This document shows positions 26,699 to 38,356 of a DNA stretch of 64,000 bases, piece by piece. A program made the position numbers and the translations under genes. The notes under the pieces are model-generated. The model worked only from the letters and a program-made list of their open reading frames with translations. It searched no databases and was not told the DNA's origin. Position 1 is the stretch's first letter; every line of letters begins with the position of its first letter. Source of the stretch: Octopus vulgaris (taxonomy: Eukaryota); contig OX597823.1 in NCBI GenBank assembly GCA_951406725.2, positions 54,808,001 through 54,872,000 of the forward strand. The letters are read 5' to 3'.

Positions 26699-27496
26699 AT
26701 GCCAGCACCGCCTCGACTGGCTTCCGTGCCGGTGGCACATAAAATACACCAATCTGACCGTGGCCGTTGCCAGCCCCGCCTGGCACCTGTGCAGGTGGCA
26801 CGTAAAAAGCACCCACTACACTCACGGAGTGGTTGGCGTTAGGAAGGGCATCCAGCTGTAGAAACATTGCCAAATTTAGACTGGAGCCTGGTGCAGCCTT
26901 CTGGCTTCCCAGAACCCCGGTCGAACCGTCCAACCCATGCTAGCATGGAGAACGGACGTTAAACGACGATGATGATGATGATGATGTGTGTGCATCTGTA
27001 TGTATGTATTCTGCATATTCATGTCTGTGTTTGTGTATTTTCTATGTATGTGTGAGCATGTGTTCCGAGTATAATATTGTGTTTGGCACCTTAAAGCCCC
27101 TGCTGATCCCTAATAATTTTTAACAGAGACATAAACTCAGAAAATTAACTCTTTCGTTACTATATTTCTGTCTGTTTTTTTTTTTTAATTAATTGTGAAT
27201 ATAATTCTTTTATTTTTTTACTTGTTTCAGTCATATTACTGTGGCCATACTGGACCACTGCCTTGAAGGTTTATTTTTGTTTTTTAATCCAACAAATCGA
27301 CACTAGAACTTGTTTCTTAAGCCTAATACTTATTCTATCATCCCCTTTGATGGATTGCTAAGTTACAGGGGTATAAACACACCAACACTCACTGTCAAGT
27401 GGTAATGGGGTGACAAACAGACACAAAACATACACACACACGCATACATACATACATACATATATACATACATACATACATACATACATACATACA

Positions 27497-27528
<32 letters not shown>

Positions 27529-27531
<3 letters not shown>

Positions 27532-27782
27532 CATAGTGGGGCAGGCCGGTTTATGTGTTACCCTGGATTTCTTGCTCATAAGGAGTTTAGCCTTATGGCA
27601 TATCTTCAGACCCCAAAAGCTGCTGGCCTGAGACCTCTTTAAAATATTATGATATTTAAGATATTTTAAAGAGATCTCAGGTCAGCAGTGTTTGGGCTCT
27701 GAAGATAGGCTGTAAGGCTAAACCCCTTATGAGTGAGAGACCCAGGGTAACCCCATAAACCGGCCTACCACACTATGATATT
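27529..27782. repeat. Diverged fold-back element with partial hammerhead-like core in both arms
   Basis: atatcatagtg..ggccggtttat / ataaaccggcc..cactatgatat; CTGAAGA-hairpin-(t)AAAC in each arm, G12 missing. Confidence 0.7.
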
Positions 27783-27968
27783 AACTGCTCTACATCTTAG
27801 AGTGTACCTCTCCCCTGGATTTACGTATTTCTACAAGTGATCCTATTCATATATATATATATAAGTTCAGCAAAAATTTAGATTCAGATGAATATGCTAC
27901 TTAAGTTAAAGGCACCAGAATTTGATATGGTATTATCCATATAAATCAAATGGGGTGATTATAATCAC

Positions 27969-28056
27969 TGTGGCTGAAGAGTGCTCTACATTTTAAAACT
28001 GATGTAATACTTACATTGTTTAATTAAATGAAGTAGCATGAAACGATTGTACTACA
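27969..28056 (+). ncRNA. Type I hammerhead ribozyme with long loop 2
   Basis: Stem I tgtgg/ctaca, CTGAAGA 27974-27980, stem II gtgct/agcat around about 49 nt, GAAA 28040-28043, stem III acgattgt, GUA site at 28051. Confidence 0.65.
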
Positions 28057-28091
28057 CTACCTTTGGATATCCTTGTTGCTTATTTTGATTA

Positions 28092-28124
<33 letters not shown>

Positions 28125-28128
<4 letters not shown>

Positions 28129-28692
28129 AAACAAGTCAAAATAGAAAATGCTAAAATAATTTTATAAAGAACATTTCAGTACCGGTTTCGGTCATTTTGA
28201 GACCTTTTCAACTGTAACGATTAAATAATTAAATTTGGAAAAATTAAAAGGAAAGTTTTTTTAAAGGAATATTTGTATAGTGTTCAAATATAAGTGGCAT
28301 TCTGCCTTTCTCTGTCTCCCTTGTTTGCACTTGTGTGTTCGAGGCCGTTGTGAATTCACAACGGCCAAACTCATGTATATTTGTATAGTGTTCAAATATA
28401 AGTGGCATTCTGCCTTTCTCTGTCTCCCTTGTTTGCACTTGTGTGTTCGAGGCCGTTGTGAATTCACAACGGCCTCGAACACACAAGTGCAAACAAGGGA
28501 GACAGAGAAAGGCAGAATGCCACTTATATTTGAACACTATACAAATATTCCTTTAAAAAAACTTTCCTTTTAATTTTTCCAAATTTAATTATTTAATCGT
28601 TACAGTTGAAAAGGTCTCAAAATGACCGAAACCGGTACTGAAATGTTCTTTATAAAATTATTTTAGCATTTTCTATTTTGACTTGTTTTTTC
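28125..28692. repeat. Large apparently perfect palindrome with an internal 108-bp duplication, Penelope-like fold-back
   Basis: Outer arms are exact reverse complements as far as I can read; gaattc centres at 28352 and 28460; flanked by (TA)n. Confidence 0.9.
28601..28642 (+). ncRNA. Minimal hammerhead ribozyme, U3-A8 variant (mirror copy 28175-28216 on minus strand)
   Basis: tacag-TTGAAAA-GGTC-tcaaaat-GACC-GAAA-CCGGT-A-ctgaa; palindromic stem III ACCGGT, GUA site at 28637. Confidence 0.65.
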
Positions 28693-28727
28693 ATATATAT
28701 CAACTCGTGTGTTCCTTTTCACCCTTA

Positions 28728-28758
<31 letters not shown>

Positions 28759-29201
28759 GACAGGCTTCTTTAAGTTTCTGTCTACCAAATCCACTCACAA
28801 GGTTTTGGTTGGCCCAAGGCTACAGTAGAAGACACTTGCCCAACTTTATCATTATTAAACTATATCAGGAATATAAATTAGCATGAAACTAATGTGAGTG
28901 GTTTTAATTTAGATCAGATTGAAATAAGAATCTTGTATCAAAGAACCTGGTGCAGTTTCAGGTAGATTGGTAGGAGTTGATCAGGTAGATTGGTAGAACA
29001 CTAGTTGATCAAACTGACCCTAGTATTTGACTGTTACTTTATTTTATGGACCCAGAAGGATAAAGGGCAAAGTTGACCGTGACATGATTTGAGCTCTGAA
29101 TGTAAGGGGCTATAATTAAAACCACAAGCCATTTTGTTCTGCTACTCAACCGATTATGAAATCTCTGCAAAATTAATATAAAATAAAAAAAAAAGTGTTA
29201 C

Positions 29202-29362
29202 CTGATTAGCCTTGGGTAAACATTCTAAAATACTAAGCATGAGTTTGGCACTTCCATCAGGGTCTCCTGGAAGACGCACGGTAAGAGCGTCCAACAACAT
29301 TTGATACAACACATTAGTAAATAGTGGTTCTGGAAGTTCCCTTAGATAATCCTTTAGAACTC
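29202..29362 (-). CDS. RhoGAP100F: RhoGAP100F/Syd-1-like RhoGAP, internal exon (not in ORF track)
   Basis: ctttccag|GA GTT CTA AAG... gives (G)VLKDYLRELPEPLFTNVLYQMLLDALTVRLPGDPDGSAKLMLSILECLPKANQ|gtaac; LKDYLRELPEPL is the RhoGAP core and LP.DP.G.AKLMLSIL.CLP.AN resembles Drosophila RhoGAP100F as I recall it. Confidence 0.9.
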
Positions 29363-30120
29363 CTGGAAAGAGAAGAAAAGAAACAAATAAATATAAGTAT
29401 ACAGATTAAGGATCATTCTTTTACCTTTTTAGGCTTTGTGTGTGTGTGTGTGTGTGTGTGCGTGTAACAGCTTCTTTCAAAATTTCCAAGTCTGGTGGGA
29501 GAATATTATCCTCACAATGAAGAATGGGCATGAATTCTTGTAATAGAGAGGACACTACAAACAAAAGATGTCAAAATGTTGGTGTAAAACCAGGTGAGGG
29601 ATTAAGAGTACCACTTAAGATGAGGGACATTCTCTAAGATAGGCTTCCATAGAAGTTAATCTTTATTATTATTAATTATCCTGTATATTACTGTCTCAAT
29701 TACATGGATATGGTTTCCATGGTGTATAAGTGACTGAGGTCTCAACATTCTCTCTGGATGCCAGTCCATCATTGGGGTACTTATTTACAGTTGAGTGAAC
29801 TGGAGCAACTTGAAGTAAAGGGTTTAGCTCCAGAACACAATGTACCAACTAAGGCAGAAATGTTTGCTGTTTTCTTTTGTATTTTACCTTAGAACTGCCA
29901 GTGTCATGTGGTCAATAAAAGAAATTATTACTGATTTTTTCCTTCTTCAGCAGTTTCATACAAATTTCATATGGCATCATCTTGGACACCTCTGTGTTCC
30001 TAAGGCATACCATTCAGAAAGTCCTGCAGGCTGCAGTTTGCCCATGACTAGTTTATAAATTTACTTTATTAGTACTGACCTGGGGCAAAACAACACAACA
30101 GCAAAGAACTGCCAATTATA

Positions 30121-31041
30121 TTGGGTCATCCCATAAATAATGCATTTTTAAAAATATTTCTTTTATTTTTCAAAATTAAGATAAACAAAGTTCTTTTTTA
30201 ATCTAAAATATACTCTCCTTCATTTTCTACAATGCTCTTCGATCTATCTGGTAGACTTGTAAGGCCCCTCTTCCAAAATTCACTTGTGCGTGACGAAAAA
30301 TACTCCACCAGTATTGTTCAGGCCTTGTCTACAGAATTCATATTTTTTCCATCCAAATGATTCTGAAGACTGCAGAATAAATGATAATCAGATGGAGCAA
30401 TGACTGGCGAATATGGTAGATGGGGCATCGTTTCCTATTCAAACTGCTCCAGCCTTTAGAATGTCATCCTCACTGTATGTGGCTGAGCATTATCCTGATA
30501 GAACACATTTTGTCTTGAAACTAAAGATGGTCATTTTCTGATGGCATGAAGGTGTTGATGGATGATTGAATGACCAAACCCAAGCTTTACTACTTCCTCA
30601 ATAGTTATGATAGGGTTTTGTTCCATCAGGGTTTGCAGGACATCTTCGTCAAGCTCTACAGATCTTCCAAGACGAGGCTTATCTTCTAGACTGTAGTTTC
30701 CAGCTTGGAATTTCTGGAACCACCATTGACACTGGCTTGTACTTACTGTCTGATTTCCATGTACTGCATTAATATTCCTTGCACTTTCCATTGTGTTGTT
30801 GCCTTTATCGAATTCACTAAGTAAAATATGTCGAATATGCTCCTTTGTCACTTCCATTATAGCTTTGAAAAAATAACTGTTAAAATAGAACTGCACTTTT
30901 CAAAACTTGCACTAAGAATAAGGTCAAGGTAAAATTACTACCTGCTTTTATAGCAAGTTGATGCAGGTAGTTTATCCCATCCCCCTCTGACTTTTAGTTC
31001 ATGCAATTGAAAAAACTACATTATTTCATGGGATGACCCAA
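30121..31041 (-). mobile_element. mariner transposon, internally deleted and decayed
   Basis: TIRs ttgggtcatcccat / atgggatgacccaa with TA flanks; MEVTKEHIRHILL..WFQKFQAGNYSLEDKPRLGR (HTH) and decayed YSP..APSDYHL. Confidence 0.9.
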
Positions 31042-31509
31042 TATATTGGGATGCGATTCAAATTCAGTTGGTTGTACTTGTTTTACTATAAAATTCGATA
31101 TCTTGTTTTGTCTTTTCTCATTCACTTGCGTCAGTCATTGAACTCTGGCCAAGCTGAAGCACTGCCTTGAAGGATTAGTCAAAGAAATCAACCTAAACAT
31201 TTATTTTTTCTTTTAAAGCCTGGTACTTATTCTATCGGTTTCTTTTTGCCAAACCACTAAATCGTAGGGACATAAACAAACCAATACCGGTTTCAAGCAG
31301 TGGAGGGGACAAACAGAGACACTAAGATACTCCATTTGTTGTCTTTTCACCTCATCTTTGTGTTTTCTTCATTTTGGAACTACACACACACACACATATG
31401 TATATGTATGTATATGTATATATATATATATATATACAATAAGAGGCTTCCAAATAAGAAAGCGTTGTGCTAGAAAGAGCAGTAGAAATCTCAAGACCAC
31501 ATATATATA

Positions 31510-31583
<74 letters not shown>

Positions 31584-32518
31584 GGCTTCCTTCAATTTCC
31601 ATCTACCAAATCCTTTCACAAGGTTTATTTATTTTTGGATTATATATGTATGGCAAATATCTTTCAGTTTCTGTCTACCATATCCACCCACAAAGCTTCG
31701 GGTTGACCCAGGGCTATAGTTGAAGACACTTGCCCAGGGTGTTGGCACAGTGGAACTGAAACTGGGACCATGTGGTTGAGAAGCAAAGTTTTTACCATAC
31801 AGCCCATGTCTTCGACAGCTGATGGAAATCAGTCAACCAAAGTACATTTTATCAAAAATAGTTGACAGGAAAAAGAATAAGCAAAAAAAGAAAATGCAAT
31901 TGATCAGTATTGATTGATCAAAGTAACAGTTGCTCAAAAGAACAAACATTAAAATAAGGTTACAGTGTCACATTTTACTGAGATAACTTTCTTATTAAGA
32001 ATGCAAAAACCTATGTAGTTTTACGTGTGTGTTTGAGCGAGTGAGTGTGTGCGCGCGTGCACATGTGTGTGTGTGTGAGTAAGTGTGTGTGTGTGAGTGT
32101 ATGTGTGTGAGTGAGTGTATACGTGTGAGTGAGTGTGTGTGTGTGTGAGTGTATGTGTGCGAGTGTATGTGTGTGTGTGTTTGTGTTAGTGTGTGCCCAT
32201 GTCTGTCACGTCTATATTTTAGGCTGTAAATGTAAATATGAAAGGCACTCACTCACACACACACACACACACACACACGGACACAGAAACACACGCACTC
32301 TTTTATATCTGTGTATTTCTTTTACTTAACTTAGTCAAATCAAACTCACTATTTATTTCTAAGTTTGGTAACTTATTCCATTGGTGTCCTTTTGCCAAAC
32401 TACTAGCTTACAGGGGTACGAACAAGCCAGTGCTGCTTGTTAAGTGGTAAAAGACAAACATAAAGACGGGTGCACAAATACACACTCATGCATAGACAAA
32501 CATATATAAGCATGTTCG

Positions 32519-32550
<32 letters not shown>

Positions 32551-32635
32551 TGCAGTAGAGTCCACTCGAACAGACAGCCATGTTAAAGTGGCTATGAATA
32601 TTACTTGTATATATATATATATATTCAAATATATG

Positions 32636-32669
<34 letters not shown>

Positions 32670-32689
32670 TGTATGTATGTATATGTATG

Positions 32690-32748
<59 letters not shown>

Positions 32749-32749
32749 A

Positions 32750-33310
32750 CAGGGTTATTTAAAAGAATGAACTGATTTCATTACCCAATATTTTATAAGG
32801 AAAAGAAATAGAAAACTCCATCTAAGTCGCAAGTATTTACTCATAACTAACTTATATTTCCTGTCTTACAAGTGTTCAATGTGGCCACCATCTGCAGCAT
32901 GGGTAACAGCTATGCGATAAGAGAATTCCTCCCAAACGCCTATCAGCATATCACGATCCACTGAGTTGATCGCTGTTGTTATTCGATGTTTAAGGTCATC
33001 GAGGTTAGTGGGTAGTGGTGGAACATAAACACAATCTTTTACATATTCCCACAAGAAAAAAATCTTAAACATCGAATAACAACAGCGATCAACTCAGTGG
33101 ATCGTGATATGCTGATATGCGTCTGGGAGGAATTCTCTTATCATATTGATGTTGCCCGTGCTGCAGGTGGTGGCCACATTGAACATTTCTAAGACAGGAA
33201 ATAAAAGATCGTTGTGAGTAAATACTTGTGACTTAGCTGGAGTTTTCTATTGTTTTTCCTTATTAAGACAGTGCATAATGAAATCGGTTCATTCGTTTTG
33301 AATAACCCTG
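32750..33310. mobile_element. Tc1/mariner fold-back element made of two 3' ends
   Basis: TIRs cagggttattt / aataaccctg in (TA)n; transposase C-terminus LKHRITTAINSVDRDML..GGHIEH present on both strands. Confidence 0.85.
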
Positions 33311-33330
33311 TATATATCATATATATATAC

Positions 33331-33362
<32 letters not shown>

Positions 33363-33408
33363 CATCATCATCATCATCATCATTTAACGTTGATGATAAT
33401 ATTCATAT

Positions 33409-33507
<99 letters not shown>

Positions 33508-34502
33508 AGTGTGTGTGTGTGTGTGTTTGTATGTGTGTATATAAATACATGTCTGTCTATGTATATATATATATATATATATATATACATAGATATATAT
33601 GTGTTTGCGCATGAGTGTATGTTTGTGTGCTCATCTCTGTGTTTGTCTCTTACCACTGGACAACCGGTACTGGCTTGTTTGTATGCCTGTAAACTAGCAG
33701 TTTGGCAAAAATGTTAAATATTGTGCTTTACAATGCCTTCCATGTAGATAGATAGATAGATAGATAGATAGGCTTCTGTGCACTATCTGTCTCCCATATT
33801 CCCTCACAAAGGCAATGGCTGACCTTAGGCTATAGTAGAAGACACTGGCTCAAAGTATCTTCATTAACCATACACCCACTATCTATAACATGGCATTACA
33901 TATGGTTTAATATTTTAGAATAAAGGATAAAGATCCTTCCCAAGTCATATAGAGGAATAGTGTCAGTTTCCTGGTTTCCATATATTCCATATATTCTCAA
34001 CCTGGATGGGATACTAGTCAGTTGGTGGATTACTCACTTTTGCTAGCAGAGTGGACTGGAGCAATGTGAAATGAAATGATTTATTCAAGAACACAACACA
34101 TCACCTGGTCCAGGAATTGAAACCACCAAGTTATGATCATGATTCCAACACCCTAACCACTAAGCCATGTATTTGTGCTTGTGCCTCAAATTAATATTTT
34201 AGTAATTAGAAAAATAAGTCAGTAAAAAGATGACTCTATTACCTTTTTTTTCTTAACCCATTTTCTATATTTTGTATATTTACTTATAATTCAATTATTT
34301 ACTGGTTTGAGCAGCTGTTACTTTGAGGAGTTATTTATTCAAGTAACTGCTTTTCATCATCGTTTTTTCTTTTTTTTATCATCTATTTTCGATAAATTGA
34401 CATCTAACCATGAAATTTGACCTCATGCTGTTGTCAGAAACTAATTTTACATAAAAGATAAAAAGAAAATGCATCATGAGGTAAACACATACACACACAC
34501 AC

Positions 34503-34565
<63 letters not shown>

Positions 34566-35218
34566 CTTGCACATGCACACACATAAAATTTTTACATTTG
34601 GTTGAGATGCTTGACACTTCTCCCTCGCAACTATCTTTTATTTTATATCTTATACATTTTTCATTCATTTGATTGTGGCTATGCTGGAGCACTGCCTTGA
34701 AGGCCTTTTAGTTGAACAAATCTTCCCCAACACTTATTTTCCATTTTTTAAGTCTGGTAATTATTCTATTAGTCTCTTTTTACCAAACTGCTAAGTTATG
34801 GGGACATAAACACACCAACATTGGTTATTGAATGGTGGAGGGGTACAAACACGGACACCAAGACACACAGACACACACATATACATAATGGGTTTCTTTC
34901 AGTTTCCATCTACCAAATCCACTCATAAGGCTTTGGTTGGTCCAAGGCTATAGTAGAAGACACTTGCCCAAGGTGCTATGCCACATGGTTGGGAAGCAAT
35001 AATAATAATAATAATAATAATAAAGTCAATGATTTAGGGGGAGGGGATAAGTCAGTCAGATCGGCTCCAGTACTCAACTGGTACTTATTTTATTGACCTT
35101 AAAAAGATGAAAGATTAAGTCGACCTCATCAGAATTTGAACTCAGAACATGAAGACGAACAAAATGCCACTAAGCATTTTACCAGTTGTGCTAACGATTC
35201 TCCCAGCTCACTGCTTTA

Positions 35219-35231
35219 GATGATTATAATG

Positions 35232-35263
<32 letters not shown>

Positions 35264-35339
35264 GATGATGATGATAATAATGATGATGATAATAATGATG
35301 ATAATAATAATGATAATAGTGATGATCATGATGATCATG

Positions 35340-35400
<61 letters not shown>

Positions 35401-35419
35401 TAATAACAACAACAACAAC

Positions 35420-35463
<44 letters not shown>

Positions 35464-35470
35464 TAATGCA
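35219..35470. repeat. Compound (TGA)n/(TAA)n/(CAA)n microsatellite
   Basis: Direct reading. Confidence 0.95.
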
Positions 35471-35539
35471 CTGATGCAGTATCATGCAGTGGCTTTCGTA
35501 GCTTCTGATCTTAACTGATTGGCAGTGTTATTGTTCAAA

Positions 35540-37301
35540 TTGTTCAAAAATAATCCAAAGGAGACAATGGGGAAAATGTTGCTCCTGATGAAAATTAAGC
35601 CAAGGAGTTCTGAAGTAGATTATGGGGAAACAATATGGTGTATAAAAGGGATGCAATGTGGATAGGAACTATCAAGACAGAATTACAAGGAGGAAAGGAA
35701 CAAAGGAATATTGTCGTAAGCATGGGTGATGTGAAAGAACAAGTAATTGCACTAATACCCATAACACTAACACTTAGGAAAGTTAAGATGGGTTACTGAT
35801 GTGGGAAGAAAGGCCCATCACTGAACCATCTTCTGTTTATGGATGACCTGAAATTGTTTGGGAAATCTGAAAAACAGATAGAGTCCCTAACTAAAACAGT
35901 CTAGAAGTGTAGTTGGAACATCGGTATGGAATTTGGGATCACCAAATACTCAGTACTTAATATGAAAAGAGGGAAGAAAGCAGCCTGCAGAGGATTGTGG
36001 TTACCATCAGGAGAGACCATGAGTGAACCCAACAGTAGTGGGTATAGATATTTAGGGATTTTGGAGCTGGATGACATTCTACATAAAGACATGAACGTCA
36101 AGATCAGTGAAGCATATCAAAAAAGGGTGAAGATGGTGTTGAAATCCAACCTGAATGCCTAAAATTTGATTACCGCAATGAATATCTGGGCAGTTGTGGT
36201 GGTCAGACATAGTGTATTCATCCTCAAATGGACTAAGGAGGAAATGTGAACACTGGATAGAAGGATGAGAAAGATGATGATACTGCATGGGGTGCTACAC
36301 CCTAAAGCAAACATAAACAGATTGTATATGAAAAGAAAGAATGGCAACAGAGGACTAATTAGTATAGACCATCGTATAGGGAGTGAAAAGAGAACGCTTG
36401 CCGAGTATTTGATAAATAGTGATAAAAACCTGATGCAATATGCCGTGAAAGCTATGTGAGAAAATGAAGATGAAATGATGGGCAAGGTAGAATTTAACCA
36501 GAGAGCTGAGGAGAAGAGAAAAGAAGACCTTCTTGAAATGAGAATGCATGGACAGTTTGAAAGGAATACACAAGATGTTAAGGATAATACAGCATCATGC
36601 TACCAATTCAATGAAGTATAGCATCTATAAAACTTCTGACATCCAGAAATGCAGAATCTGTGGAAAGAGTGTGGAAAATGTATCCCACTTGGTAAGTGGA
36701 TGTGAGAGTCTTGCACCAAAAAATACAAATGTCACCATGATAAAGTGTGTGTGTATCTTCATTGGATCTTATGCCGTAAATACCAATATGAAGTATCAGA
36801 GAACTGGTATGAACATGTACCAAGTAAAGTTATGCAGGAGGATGGAAAAGTAACACTACTCTGGGACTATGATTTTCAGACGGATCATGTAATTGAACAC
36901 CGTTGACTGGATATTGTCATATTGAATAAGAGACACAAATACTGTCAGATCATTGATGTAGCCATACCAAATGACATGAATGTTGGAAGTAAAGAGGTTG
37001 AAAAAATCACCAAGTACTCCGAATTGAAAGTGGAAATGGCAAGAGGGTCATGTAAAAGTGATAGCAGTGGTGATCAGAGCATTGAGCTCAATCCCATTGA
37101 AACTTCAAGACTTCTTAAGGCAACTGGAAATTCCATGCAAGATTGACATCTTACAAAAAGCACCGTATTGGGCACGGTGCACATCTTAAGGAAAGTATTA
37201 TCTGTCTGAGGTCCTTGTTGTGACTTGACAAATGACTAAAGACTCCGGTGAATTTTTACCTACTCTGTGTTACGAAGGAATAATAATAATTAATAATAAT
37301 A
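35540..37301 (+). mobile_element. Decayed R4/Dong-like RLE-type non-LTR retrotransposon
   Basis: LNHLLFMDDLKLFGK (RT), YRYLGILE, CRICGKSVENVSHLVSGC (CCHC), DIVI..IIDVAIP (restriction-like endonuclease), (TAA)n tail; many stops and frameshifts. Confidence 0.85.
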
Positions 37302-38356
37302 AACTGTGTAGAATATTCGAATGCATGCTAAGTGAGAAGATGAAATTGCAAGAATGTGGGCAATGATAAGAGTAACTGTTACCCCAATATTAGTAGGGGC
37401 ACCTGGAGCACTAACAACCAAGTTCAAGAAATATGTCAGAGAAACTGGAATCGGTAGGAGGGTAGAATATTCTAAAAAAACTGCTCTGTTTGTAGCAGCA
37501 AGGATTTTGAGATTGGTTCTTGGGTGTGAAGTATCTTTCATATTTAACATCTGAGTACCAAGTCTTATAATTTGTAGAAAGAGACCCTCTGAGACCTTTG
37601 ATGACAGGATCCTGTATGCTCTCACAGAATTAACCAGAGCAAGTAAGATGGAGAATTCTGAGAAGTAAAATTTAATAATGATAATAATAATGATAATATT
37701 AATGAGGAGGAGGATGACAATAATGATGATGATAATTTCTAATGAAACAATTTGTCAATGCCAACAGCTCCAAAACGAAGTGCCATTAACTAGAAGTGGA
37801 TGGAACTCATGGAAGAGGGAGACCCATGAAGATATGGGATGAGGTACTGAAGAATGATCTCAGAATGCTGAGCCTTTCGGACAAGATGACAAAGGACTGA
37901 GATACCTGACACCTTGCAGTACTCAAGAAGACATGTCCTCCACAGTAGAGGTATTAAGGCTACATTCCCTGGTGAAGAGAATTTGCCTGCAAGAGTCCTG
38001 TGCTGGTGCCATGTAAAAAGCATTCATGCCAGTACCATGTAGAAGCACTCATGTCAGTGGCGCATTAAAAGTATGATGAAGACACTGTTAAGTGGCTGGT
38101 GTTAGGAAGGGCATCCAGTTGTAGAAACCAAATCAGACTGGAGCCTGGTGCTGCTTCCCAGCTTGCCAGCTCTGATCAAACTCTCTAACCCATGCCAGCA
38201 TGGAAAACAGACGTTAAAGGATGGTGATGATGATGATGATGATGATGATGGTGATGAGGATAAACGGGTGAAATACAAAGTTGTATCAAGTGGAAATTGA
38301 ACTTAGAACATAAAGAGCCTGAATAAATACAGCAAGGCATTTTGTCTGGTGTTCTA

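Larger units (their letters stand above)
23695..26985 (+). mobile_element. Young RTE-clade LINE, 5'-truncated within the endonuclease, with 3' UTR and (GAT)n tail
   Basis: Uninterrupted ORF to stop at 26162; SQIDYIL and QHRLV (APE), QFGF, FVDMEKAFDRV, GVHQGSVLSP, LLYADD (RT), LRWYGHVARM and RGRGRPRKTW (RTE C-terminus). Confidence 0.95.

Noticed and set aside
26082-26933. 283-aa minus-strand ORF with internal repeats
   Set aside because: Antisense reading of the GC-rich RTE 3' UTR tandem repeat; no protein motif.
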